This document shows positions 40,500 through 49,536 of a stretch of 64,000 bases of DNA, in pieces (positions within the stretch are counted from its first letter, which is position 1; each line of letters starts with the position of its first letter). The position numbers and the translations under genes were made by a program. Origin of the DNA: Thiohalomonadaceae bacterium (GTDB lineage Bacteria > Pseudomonadota > Gammaproteobacteria > Thiohalomonadales > Thiohalomonadaceae); the NCBI GenBank assembly GCA_050299175.1, contig JBNKVM010000074.1:19912-83911 (forward strand), given 5' to 3'. The notes beneath the pieces were generated by a model. It was not told the DNA's origin. It was given only the letters and a program-made list of their open reading frames with translations, and did not search any database.

Positions 40500-40928
40500 T
40501 CAATCCTCGATCACGCGTCCACGATAAACCCGCTTACCCTTGGGCGATGAATTCTGCTGTGCCGGTTCCGTTTTGGCTTTAACGGGTGCACTTTTCTGGT
40601 TCTCCACGGCCTGTCCCCGGTACATACGCGTACCAGGGGTAACGCCCTGGGCAGGTGGTTCTTCCGCTACAGGATTCACCACCGCACCACGGTAGATGTT
40701 GGCACCCTGTGCCGCCAGCGCTTTAATCTCCAGCGGAGTCAGTAGTCGGCGAAACAGCTCATACTGTTTCGATATCTCTTCATTAATGCTGTCTACGGCA
40801 TAGTTAATCAACATGACGATATCTTCGTCACGTGACATGCGAATCCTTGCGCCGCGCTCCCTTTCGTAGACCATGCTCATCTTTGCCAGCATCATGCGGG
40901 CATCGATCGACATCTCGAATGGAACCAT
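40500..40928 (-). CDS. hypothetical protein with three C-terminal x-YRG-x-x-V repeats
   Basis: IYRGAVV, MYRGQAV and VYRGRVI are separated by Pro/Gln-rich linkers. The N-terminal half is helical. Confidence 0.5.
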   Translation of the reverse strand: MVPFEMSIDARMMLAKMSMVYERERGARIRMSRDEDIVMLINYAVDSINEEISKQYELFRRLLTPLEIKALAAQGANIYRGAVVNPVAEEPPAQGVTPGTRMYRGQAVENQKSAPVKAKTEPAQQNSSPKGKRVYRGRVIED

Positions 40929-40943
40929 TGTTAATCTCGCTTT

Positions 40944-41219
40944 TTATTCTTCTTCTGGATACTTCTCAGCTATTACGACTCCGGTTGCCAGGGCGTAATC
41001 ATTGGTCAGAGTCAGGCAGTGATCGCTGCTCCCCACCAGATAGATATCAAAGCCTTCGTTTTCCAGAACAGGCTTTCCCACATGGATATCGTCCTCACTG
41101 CAAAGCGTGAAACGGATCCCTGGGAAATCTTGCTTGAGCGATTCGTGCAGCACGGCATCAATGACACGACCATTCACCATGGTCGCAACCTTGGATACCA
41201 TGGTCTCATCGATAACCAC
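40944..41219 (-). CDS. small hypothetical nif-cluster protein (91 aa)
   Basis: It starts where nifY stops and has coding-like codon bias. I cannot name the family with certainty. Confidence 0.5.
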   Translation of the reverse strand: MVIDETMVSKVATMVNGRVIDAVLHESLKQDFPGIRFTLCSEDDIHVGKPVLENEGFDIYLVGSSDHCLTLTNDYALATGVVIAEKYPEEE

Positions 41220-41938
41220 TACAACGCTTCCTCTTCTTCACGCTCGAAACGTACACGTTCTTCTGCAGCCTTGCCCATAATCTTGGCCAGCCACGGTGGC
41301 GGATTTTTATCCAGCACGGAACGCAATTCGTCAAGGATATCGATAGCACTACCGCCATTAGGAATTTTGACAGGATGGATATCCTGCTTAATTACCTTGG
41401 CCGCAGCAGGACCGCCGATGGAAACGACATAAAGCACATCGCAATCCTTGATCTGCTCGGCGCGATAGGCGTTTTTGTCTTCGCTGTTACTTGGCGACGA
41501 AGCCATGGAAGCGATTTCGATCAGGCGCGCTTCTTCAGGTGCAACCTGATAGATCAGAAAACGGGCACAGGAACCGAAATGGCCATCCAGCATTTCGCCG
41601 TTATTGGAAGCGATAGCCACACGGATTGAACCGGGCATATCACCATCGCGATAGGGTTTGGTTTCTGGCAGAGCCAGATCGCTGACTTCTACGGACTCTT
41701 TGCCCCACAGATAGTCGAGCGCCAGTTTAATGGAAGGCAATGGCGTCTGGTTAAACAGATCGTCAGCCGCTTCTTGCAACTCGCGTACCGTGAGGCGGGT
41801 CAACTTTTCCTCAGTAAGCGGCAGCTTCAGGGCCTTGACCAACACCTGCATCAGTTGCGCAGATTCGATGTCAGGCAGGGCCCTGGCCGCCAGGCCGATA
41901 CGGAGCGCCACATCACGGGATATGGAAGTTCCGTCCAT
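41219..41938 (-). CDS. nifY: NifY/NafY-like FeMo-cofactor carrier (NafY N-domain + NifX/NifB-like C-domain)
   Basis: The C-terminal core is IRVAIASNNGEMLDGHFGSCARFLIYQV. It sits downstream of nifT-fdx. Confidence 0.7.
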   Translation of the reverse strand: MDGTSISRDVALRIGLAARALPDIESAQLMQVLVKALKLPLTEEKLTRLTVRELQEAADDLFNQTPLPSIKLALDYLWGKESVEVSDLALPETKPYRDGDMPGSIRVAIASNNGEMLDGHFGSCARFLIYQVAPEEARLIEIASMASSPSNSEDKNAYRAEQIKDCDVLYVVSIGGPAAAKVIKQDIHPVKIPNGGSAIDILDELRSVLDKNPPPWLAKIMGKAAEERVRFEREEEEAL

Positions 41939-41943
41939 GACTG

Positions 41944-42138
41944 CTAGGCCGGGATAATGCAATTTGGCACAGCGCAAACTTCTTCGCACTGCGGCATATC
42001 GAACTCACCTTCACACTCGGTGCAGGCTTCGGCATCGATGATGTAGGTGCCCTTCTTTTTCAGAATCGCACCCATCGGGCAGACCGGCATGCAGTCACCG
42101 CAGGAGGTGCACTCTTCCGCAACAATAGTCATAGCCAT
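41944..42138 (-). CDS. small 2x[4Fe-4S]-type ferredoxin
   Basis: CTSCGDCMPVCP ... CTECEGEFDMPQCEEVCAVPNC in a 64-aa protein. Confidence 0.8.
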   Translation of the reverse strand: MAMTIVAEECTSCGDCMPVCPMGAILKKKGTYIIDAEACTECEGEFDMPQCEEVCAVPNCIIPA

Positions 42139-42168
42139 GATTATTTACTCCTCAATCGTCTATGCAGG

Positions 42169-42381
42169 TTACAGGCGTTTGGCTCTGAGTGTGATAGGAA
42201 GCTTTGGCGCAGGCTCCATCGGATCAAGATAGAACTTTGAACCATCGGAAAGCTCCACTTCGCCACCCCACTTTTCCGGGCTGTCGAATTCGAGAGAAGC
42301 TATGGTCTCTTCCATGTCTTTTTTGGCGACGTAGAAAGAGAGTTCACCACTCTCGGTCTGACGAATCATTACACTAGGCAT
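42169..42381 (-). CDS. nifT: nitrogen fixation protein NifT/FixU
   Basis: MPSVMIRQTESGELSFYVAKKDMEE is the characteristic NifT N-terminus. Confidence 0.85.
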   Translation of the reverse strand: MPSVMIRQTESGELSFYVAKKDMEETIASLEFDSPEKWGGEVELSDGSKFYLDPMEPAPKLPITLRAKRL

Positions 42382-42396
42382 TGGTAGTCACCTCTC

Positions 42397-42441
42397 TTTT
42401 TAAAACCCCGGAACCGCGCAACACACGCCACGGCTCCGGGG
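42397..42441 (-). terminator. terminator-like hairpin between nifK and nifT (probably partial)
   Basis: The minus strand reads CCCCGGAGCCG-12 nt-CGGUUCCGGGG followed by UUUUAAAAA. The stem is 11 bp with one G-U pair. Confidence 0.5.
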
Positions 42442-42449
42442 CCCACAAC

Positions 42450-44018
42450 TTAGCGAACCAGGTCGTAGTTGTAGTCGGTGGTTCCCATACCGCGGGTCTC
42501 TTCGTCCAGACGCTCCAGTACCGAGTTCACCAGGGTGGTGAGCACCTGCATGGCGCCCTCGTAACCCAGAGTGGTTGAACGGTGCAGGTGGTGACGATCG
42601 AAGATCGGGAAACCGATACGAATCAGCGGTACCTCGAACTCCTTACCCTTGTACAGGGTGTCACGCTGGATGAACTTGCCGTAGCTGTTACCGATCATGA
42701 AGTCCGGCTTGTTGGTGAACATCAGTGAACGGAAGTGCCATAGGTCCTTACCGACGTGAACTTTGGTCTCCTGACCGTACGGAGAGGCTTCCAGCATCTT
42801 GTTCATCGCCTTCATCCAACGCTTGTTACCGTTGTTCGCCAGTACGTCGGTCGGCTCGGCACCCAGTTCCAGCAGGAAGCGGGTCATGCCCATGACAAAG
42901 TCTGGGTCACCGTAGAGAGCGAACTTCTTACCATGCAGCCAGGTGTGGCTGTCGGTCATCATGTCCACCAGACGGCCACGCTCCTTCTCCAGGCTGGCCG
43001 GGATCGGCTTGCCAGTGATTTCGGAGACCTTCATCAGGAAGGCGTCGGTTGCTTCCAGACCCATCGGGATATCGATCTTCGGTGCTTCATGCTTCCAGGT
43101 GCCTTTGGCAAACTTCATCGACTTGTCTGACTGCCACTGTTGCAGGAACAGGGTGTCCTTGGCATTCGGCGCGTCCTTGATCTCGTCGATGGTGGTACCG
43201 CCTTCATACATACGGAAGGTACCGTCCGCCGGGGTATCCAGCACTTCAGACGGGTCAGAAAGCAGGCTGTAACCAACACCCATTTCGTCCATCATCCGCT
43301 TCATGACACGGTAGTTGCCCAGATAGGTTTCGAAGCCCGGCACGATGTTGATCTTACCGTTGCTACCAACTTCTTTACCTTCCATGTCATTCAGGGTGAA
43401 GTAGCGGGCAATCCCTTCGAACATGTTGTCCCAACCGGTGGTGTGGGAGCCAACAAAGCTCGGGGTATGCGCGAACGGAGTCGGGAACTCTTCCGGCACG
43501 CTGCCGCCTTTTTTCGCATTGCCGATAAAGGCATTCAGGTCGTCACCGATAACCTCGGCCATACAGGTGGTGGAAACGGCAATCATCGCCGGCTTGTACA
43601 GGGCCTTGGCATTTTCCAGACCGGCAAACATGTTTTTCTGCCCACCGAATACCGCTGCATCTTCAGTCATGGAGTCGGAAACACAGGCGACCGGCTCTTT
43701 GAAATGACGGTTGAAGTAGGTACGGAAGTAGGCAACACAACCCTGGGAACCGTGTACGTAAGGCAGGGTCTTTTCAAAACCCAGTGAACACAGTACCGCA
43801 CCCAGAGGCTGACAAGCCTTGGCGGGGTTGACGGTCAGAGCTTCACGGTTAAAGTTCAGCTCCTGATACTCCATGGTGGTGGTCCAGTTGAAGGTCTCGT
43901 CGATCTTTTCCTGGGGCACCTTGTTTTCGTATTGCTCCTTGTTCTTGAGAGTGGTTTTGTATTCCTCCTCTCGGAACAGCGGATAACACGGCATTACTTT
44001 TTCAGCTGACTGAGGCAT
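42450..44018 (-). CDS. nifK: nitrogenase molybdenum-iron protein beta chain
   Basis: 522 aa containing ...PAKACQPLGAV...VHGSQGCVAY... Confidence 0.95.
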   Translation of the reverse strand: MPQSAEKVMPCYPLFREEEYKTTLKNKEQYENKVPQEKIDETFNWTTTMEYQELNFNREALTVNPAKACQPLGAVLCSLGFEKTLPYVHGSQGCVAYFRTYFNRHFKEPVACVSDSMTEDAAVFGGQKNMFAGLENAKALYKPAMIAVSTTCMAEVIGDDLNAFIGNAKKGGSVPEEFPTPFAHTPSFVGSHTTGWDNMFEGIARYFTLNDMEGKEVGSNGKINIVPGFETYLGNYRVMKRMMDEMGVGYSLLSDPSEVLDTPADGTFRMYEGGTTIDEIKDAPNAKDTLFLQQWQSDKSMKFAKGTWKHEAPKIDIPMGLEATDAFLMKVSEITGKPIPASLEKERGRLVDMMTDSHTWLHGKKFALYGDPDFVMGMTRFLLELGAEPTDVLANNGNKRWMKAMNKMLEASPYGQETKVHVGKDLWHFRSLMFTNKPDFMIGNSYGKFIQRDTLYKGKEFEVPLIRIGFPIFDRHHLHRSTTLGYEGAMQVLTTLVNSVLERLDEETRGMGTTDYNYDLVR

Positions 44019-44036
44019 GACATTTCTCCTACCGCG

Positions 44037-44050
44037 CCACTAATCCGTGG
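44037..44050 (-). promoter_or_regulatory. conserved leader hairpin upstream of the nifK RBS
   Basis: The minus strand reads CCAC-GGATTA-GTGG inside the shared motif GTCCAC(C)GGATTAG(G)TGGCG. It lies about 10 nt 5' of the SD. Confidence 0.4.
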
Positions 44051-44077
44051 ACAACGGCGTTATGGACTGTTTCAGCA

Positions 44078-44100
44078 CCGCGGGCCACGTGGGCCCGCGG
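44078..44100 (-). other. 9-bp GC hairpin in the nifD-nifK intergenic region
   Basis: CCGCGGGCC-acgtg-GGCCCGCGG with no U-tract. It could be an mRNA stabiliser or processing site. Confidence 0.4.
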
Positions 44101-44107
44101 CAACCGT

Positions 44108-45574
44108 TTAGGCTGCGGCGCTATCCGCGTCGCTGGCTTCACTCTTCTTCCACGGCGCCTGCAACTTGCCCCAGCAGGGGTTGTTGAGGGTCATATCCAT
44201 ATCGCGGGCAAAGATGGCAAAGCCGTCATAACCATGGTAAGGACCGGAATAGTCCCAGCTGTGCATTTGACGGAAAGGAATGCCCATCTTCTGGAAGATG
44301 TACTTCTCTTTGATGTCGGAACCGACCATGTCAGGCTTGACCTTCTTTACGAACTCTTCGAATTCGTAGCCGGTTACGTCATCGTAGATCAGCGTAGCGT
44401 TACCCATATCCTTGATGGTGCGGTCGTAGTCGTCGTTATGCGCGAACTCATAACCGGTACCAACAACTTCCATGCCGAGATCTTCGTAAGCGCCGATAAC
44501 GTGACGCGGACGCAGACCGCCGACATAGAGCATGACTTTTTTGCCTTCCAGGCGCGGCTTGTACTTATCGATGATGGCTTGCATCAGCGGCTTGTACTTT
44601 TCGATTACCTTTTCGGCATTAGCCTGGATGGTTTCGTCGAACTTGGCCGCAATCGCACGAAGAGACTCTTCGATTTTGGTCGGACCGAAGAAGTTGTACT
44701 CCATCCACGGAATACCGAACTTCTCTTCCATGTGACGAGAGATGTAGTTCATGGAACGGTAGCAGTGCAGCAGATTCAGTTTCACCTTGGGGGTGTTTTC
44801 CATCTCTGCAACGGTGCCATCACCGGACCACTGGGCAACAACATTGAGGCCCATCTCTTCAAGAATGGTACGTGAAGCCCAGGCATCACCACCGATGTTG
44901 TAGTCACCGAGGATGGCTACATCGTAAGGACCCGCTTCGCCTTCGGCTTTATCCAGCATGTGATCGCGGATAGCGTCGTTAGCGATGTGGTGACCCAGTG
45001 ACTGGGACACGCCGCGGAAACCTTCGCAACGCACAGGAACAACCGGCTTACTCAAGTCGGCTGAAGCCTTTTTGGAAACTGCTTCGATGTCGTCACCGAT
45101 AAGACCGATAGGACACTCGGACTGAACAGAGATACCCTTGTTCAGCGGGAACAGTGTTTCGACTTCGTCGATCAGTTTGGCCAGTTTCTTGTCACCACCG
45201 AATACGATGTCCTTCTCCTGGAAATCCGAGGTGAAGTTCATGGTACCGAAGGTATTAACACCGGTAGCACCAACGTAGTAGTTGCGGCGACCAGCACGGG
45301 AGTACTGACCACAACCTACCGGACCGTGGGAGATATGGATCATGTCCTTAATCGGACCCCATACCACACCCTTGGAACCGGCATAGGCACAACCACGAAT
45401 GGTCATTACACCCGGCAGGGATTTACGGTTGGAAGTAATGCACTTCTTAGACTGCTCAACGCTCTGGTCGTTTGCAGTCAAGTGCTTGGCGCGATCTTTC
45501 TTCGCGTCCTCAGGATAGACTTCGAGCACTTCCTGAATAAGCGCTTCTGTCTCTTCACGAGTCATCGTTGCCAT
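44108..45574 (-). CDS. nifD: nitrogenase molybdenum-iron protein alpha chain
   Basis: 488 aa with ...[30 protein letters not shown]... Confidence 0.95.
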   Translation of the reverse strand: MATMTREETEALIQEVLEVYPEDAKKDRAKHLTANDQSVEQSKKCITSNRKSLPGVMTIRGCAYAGSKGVVWGPIKDMIHISHGPVGCGQYSRAGRRNYYVGATGVNTFGTMNFTSDFQEKDIVFGGDKKLAKLIDEVETLFPLNKGISVQSECPIGLIGDDIEAVSKKASADLSKPVVPVRCEGFRGVSQSLGHHIANDAIRDHMLDKAEGEAGPYDVAILGDYNIGGDAWASRTILEEMGLNVVAQWSGDGTVAEMENTPKVKLNLLHCYRSMNYISRHMEEKFGIPWMEYNFFGPTKIEESLRAIAAKFDETIQANAEKVIEKYKPLMQAIIDKYKPRLEGKKVMLYVGGLRPRHVIGAYEDLGMEVVGTGYEFAHNDDYDRTIKDMGNATLIYDDVTGYEFEEFVKKVKPDMVGSDIKEKYIFQKMGIPFRQMHSWDYSGPYHGYDGFAIFARDMDMTLNNPCWGKLQAPWKKSEASDADSAAA

Positions 45575-45593
45575 TGTTTAACTCCTATCATCG

Positions 45594-45609
45594 CCACCTA
45601 ATCCGGTGG
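45594..45609 (-). promoter_or_regulatory. conserved leader hairpin upstream of the nifD RBS
   Basis: The minus strand reads CCACC-GGATTA-GGTGG, the same motif as upstream of nifK. Confidence 0.4.
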
Positions 45610-45666
45610 ACGTTGAAGTTGAGGGACGGGACGCGGCCATTCCGCGCCCCTGAACAACCAAATAGC

Positions 45667-46584
<918 letters not shown>

Positions 46585-46608
46585 TTAGACCGATGTCGAG
46601 TGTTGTTG

Positions 46609-46624
46609 AGCAAGGAGCGTACCA
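46609..46624 (-). promoter_or_regulatory. sigma-54 (-24/-12) promoter of nifHDK
   Basis: The minus strand reads TGGTAC-GCTCC-TTGCT, about 50 nt upstream of the nifH ATG. Confidence 0.75.
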
Positions 46625-46721
46625 ACGCAGAAAACACCACCTAAGACACTGTTATTTATGGATATATTTTTTAACCAACAAAGATCTTGTAAGGTTTGAT
46701 CTACGACAAAGCCACGACTGC

Positions 46722-46737
46722 TGTATGGATACCGACA
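46722..46737. promoter_or_regulatory. NifA UAS (TGT-N10-ACA) for nifH
   Basis: TGTATGGATACCGACA is centred about 130 nt upstream of the predicted nifH start site. An AT-rich tract lies in between. It overlaps the draT ATG at 46725. Confidence 0.6.
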
Positions 46738-47573
46738 AAACCTCAAAGCCCCGCGAAGCCGCCGCACAGACCCTGCCCCGCCAGGCCTGCCTGCCGATTA
46801 ACCGCTGCAATCTGCCCGCGGTCATCCTCGGCAGCCTCACCTTCCAACAGCATCCCACCGCACTCTCTATTGATGGGGTGGAGGTGTTACACCGCGATCT
46901 ACTGCGCCGGCTGGACGGGATCAAAGACCCGGGCAACCGCGCACAACAGTTTATCGATTACATGACGGTGCACTTCCTATTGAATGCACTCGATGAAGCG
47001 GGACTGGATGAAGAGAGCCGACTGGATCGCAGCAAGGCTGACTATCGGCGCCTGCTGCGCGGCTGGTCCTTCGACTCCGACAGTCGGGACGCCGCCGTCA
47101 TGAAGGGCTGGGTGGAGACGCGTTTTGGTCTGCTGCCCCGCTTTCATCAACAACCGATCCGTAGTAGCGACGACGAGGCCTACCATCAATATCAGCACGC
47201 CTACGCCCAGGGAATCTACAACACCAACTCACTGGAGGCGCAGCTGGACCTGCTCTACACCTATTGCCAATACGAACTGCAGCGTCAGTTTCCTGAGCAG
47301 ACACATATTGCACTCTACCGTGGCAGTAACGACACCGAGCAGATGCGTCACCCAAAAGCCAACAACAACAAAAAGCCCCTGCTGCTACTCAATAACCTGA
47401 ATTCATTTAGCAGCAGTATCGAACGCGCCTCGGAATTCGGCGATCGGGTATTTTGCATCGAGGTGCCGTTAAGCAAGATCGTCTTCTATTCAGAACTCAT
47501 CCCCAGCTATCTCAAGGCAGAAAATGAGTACATTGTCATCGGCGGTGTCTATCAAGCCGAACAGGTAATGTAA
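46725..47573 (+). CDS. draT: NAD+--dinitrogen-reductase ADP-D-ribosyltransferase
   Basis: RRLLRGWSFDSDSRDAAVMKGWVETRFGLLPRFH, QLDLLYTYCQYEL, LYRGSND and NNLNSFSS...VPLSKIVFY...ENEYIVIGG match my recollection of Azospirillum and Rhodospirillum DraT. The gene is divergent from nifH, as in those organisms. Confidence 0.85.
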   Translation: MDTDKTSKPREAAAQTLPRQACLPINRCNLPAVILGSLTFQQHPTALSIDGVEVLHRDLLRRLDGIKDPGNRAQQFIDYMTVHFLLNALDEAGLDEESRLDRSKADYRRLLRGWSFDSDSRDAAVMKGWVETRFGLLPRFHQQPIRSSDDEAYHQYQHAYAQGIYNTNSLEAQLDLLYTYCQYELQRQFPEQTHIALYRGSNDTEQMRHPKANNNKKPLLLLNNLNSFSSSIERASEFGDRVFCIEVPLSKIVFYSELIPSYLKAENEYIVIGGVYQAEQVM

Positions 47574-47584
47574 GCCGACAGAAT

Positions 47585-47600
47585 TGTCGACTTTGCGACA
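47585..47600. promoter_or_regulatory. NifA UAS-like palindrome upstream of the SIR2-like gene
   Basis: TGTCGACTTTGCGACA fits TGT-N10-ACA and closely resembles the nifE UAS TGTCGCAATTGCGACA. Confidence 0.6.
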
Positions 47601-47651
47601 AAGTCCAAACGATGCATAACGCTCTACCTATAAAAACAACACCTTAGAAAG

Positions 47652-47667
47652 CGGCCCGATAATTGCT
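47652..47667 (+). promoter_or_regulatory. sigma-54-type promoter (GG-N10-GC)
   Basis: CGGCCC-GATAA-TTGCT lies 40 nt upstream of the ATG at 47707 and about 60 nt downstream of the UAS, with AT-rich DNA between. Confidence 0.55.
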
Positions 47668-47706
47668 GTAACCAAGTAAATCCATCAGACACTAGTGGAA
47701 TCACTC

Positions 47707-48570
47707 ATGGAACAGCATCTCATCGACACCATTAAATCCGGTCTTCAGGACGGCAGCATCATCCCCTACCTGGGGCCACAGGCGTTGACCGGTTCCGTTA
47801 ATGCGGATGGCGAACCAATCCCTGCCGACAGCGACAGCCTGATCCTGGCGATGAACAACGGCCGCCCGATGGCACCGAAACTGATGTACGAATTCCCCCG
47901 CGCAGCCATGAACCTGGAATTGAAGCGTGGCCGCTCTTTCATTACCCGTTTCCTGAATAAACTTTACGGCGATACCGAATGGAGCCGTGCGCCGATTCAT
48001 GACTGGCTCAAGGCGACAAAACCTGCCTGTGTGATTGATATTAACCGCGATCTGCAACTGCAACAGAGCTATAGCGATACACCGCATAATCTGATGATCG
48101 GCATCGCCCGTATCGGTGGCACCGACTTCCGTTACAAGCTCTATTACTACGATGGTTCCAGTTACAAAGAGATCACCAATGAGGAAGCGGATCCGTCATT
48201 GCCCCTGTTGATTAAACCGATGGGGGCACCACAACCGGAGGCTAACTACATCGCCTCCGATGCGGACTATGTGGATTACATTACCGAGCTGATGGGTGGC
48301 TTCGGTGTTCCGAAATTTTTCAAGGAGTACCGCAAAAAGAAACGCTATCTGTTGCTCGGGCTAAGTCTGAATCGTGATACCGAACGCATGGTGCTACATG
48401 ACATCAGTCTTGATCGTGCCTCAGAGTCCGGCTGGGCAATTATCCCCGGCGCAACCGACAAGGAAAAACGCTTTTGCAAAACCAAACTGAATATAGAAGT
48501 GATCGATATTCCTCTGTCAGAGTTCATGCAGGCCTTTGGTGTTGAAGTGCCAGAACCGGTCGAGGCATAA
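47707..48570 (+). CDS. divergent SIR2_2-like (sirtuin-fold) protein; not DraG
   Basis: The motif order resembles the SIR2_2 family: IIPYLGPQAL, VIDINRDLQLQQ, LIKPMGAP, IASDADYVDYI and RYLLLGLSLNRDTERMV. The GAG loop and the catalytic His of the HG motif are substituted. No ADP-ribosylglycohydrolase motifs are present. An alternative GTG start lies at 47695. Confidence 0.45.
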   Translation: MEQHLIDTIKSGLQDGSIIPYLGPQALTGSVNADGEPIPADSDSLILAMNNGRPMAPKLMYEFPRAAMNLELKRGRSFITRFLNKLYGDTEWSRAPIHDWLKATKPACVIDINRDLQLQQSYSDTPHNLMIGIARIGGTDFRYKLYYYDGSSYKEITNEEADPSLPLLIKPMGAPQPEANYIASDADYVDYITELMGGFGVPKFFKEYRKKKRYLLLGLSLNRDTERMVLHDISLDRASESGWAIIPGATDKEKRFCKTKLNIEVIDIPLSEFMQAFGVEVPEPVEA

Positions 48571-48572
48571 AC

Positions 48573-48800
48573 ATGACACATCACTTCAAACCCTGTGTCA
48601 GTCGTATCGCCTGCACCGAGGACGGTACACATTGCCGTGCCTGTGGCAGAAGTCATGAAGAGATCAATGCACTACGTAACCTGGTCAATCAGGTCACAGA
48701 TTTTGCGTTGGGGATGGATTACGACAACAACGAGGAATTCCTTGAATACCTGAAATCCAAGGTATTGAAGAAAGTAAAAAGCGCCAGGCAATCTGCCTAG
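48573..48800 (+). CDS. small four-Cys protein (DUF1289-like C-x5-C-x6-C-x2-C)
   Basis: KPCVSRIACTEDGTHCRACGRSHEEI. The start is 2 nt after the SIR2-like stop. Confidence 0.4.
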   Translation: MTHHFKPCVSRIACTEDGTHCRACGRSHEEINALRNLVNQVTDFALGMDYDNNEEFLEYLKSKVLKKVKSARQSA

Positions 48801-48817
48801 TGCTAACAAGAACTTCC

Positions 48818-48858
48818 TGCCTCTACCAGCATTGATGATGTTGGTAGAGGCAGTTTTT
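48818..48858 (+). terminator. intrinsic terminator
   Basis: CTGCCTCTACCA-12 nt-TGGTAGAGGCAG followed by TTTTT. Confidence 0.7.
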
Positions 48859-48868
48859 CAAACAAATT

Positions 48869-49336
48869 CTAATCGAGATAAAAAAAACGCTTCAACCAGC
48901 CACTGCCTTTGCGCGCTTCACTGGTCTGGATAATCGTGTCGATATTGGCCTTAACCGCCGGCACGTAATCCGCATCATCATGTTTGATGTGATTCACCAG
49001 CCAATTGGCCAGCATACCGTGCAACTCCACCGCAACATCTTCCCCATCATCCAGTCGCTTGCGATACTCGCCGACGCGACGGGTGAAAAGTTCGTGGACT
49101 TTTTTGTGCGGTCGACAATATTCGTACCCGGCCTCTTCCTGTATCTCTTCTTCAAAGGCAAAGTGAGACATTGTGTATTGCACACACTCTTCAACAACCT
49201 GGCGTACTGTATCGGGTCGCTGTGTCTCTTTTACTGTTTCCAACTGATTAATAAAATCGACAATCTGTCGATGCTGCTCGTCAATAAGTTCGATACCTGT
49301 ATTCAGGTCTTTTGTCCAAGTAATAGGCATAGACAA
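48869..49336 (-). CDS. bacteriohemerythrin
   Basis: W...L.TGIELIDEQHRQIV...HF..EE...H...H..F...NWLVNHIKHDDADY. Confidence 0.85.
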   Translation of the reverse strand: MSMPITWTKDLNTGIELIDEQHRQIVDFINQLETVKETQRPDTVRQVVEECVQYTMSHFAFEEEIQEEAGYEYCRPHKKVHELFTRRVGEYRKRLDDGEDVAVELHGMLANWLVNHIKHDDADYVPAVKANIDTIIQTSEARKGSGWLKRFFYLD

Positions 49337-49536
49337 AACCTCCAGTTCCGCTCTTCTTTATTAAAGTCGTTATTCCATGAGCTTATGCACTGTGCATACA
49401 TGGCATGAAGTGCCATGTGACGATTATGACACAATAACGACTAAATTGGTGGGGAATTACTAATGAAATATATCTATTCACATTTTTGTACGCTATAGAG
49501 TGGTTCTATCTTCTGCACCGCATCCTGAGCGCACTA

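Noticed and set aside
46593-46724. Upstream extension of the draT ORF across the nifH promoter
   Set aside because: The extension has no similarity to DraT N-termini and lies over the nifH -24/-12 element. The ATG at 46725 gives the expected length.
47707-48570. Possibility that the gene after draT is simply draG
   Set aside because: The sequence lacks the ADP-ribosylglycohydrolase pattern I recall for DraG (e.g. GLAVGDALG, the DDTE-type metal ligands and the C-terminal GGDADT). Its motif order fits a SIR2_2-like fold instead.
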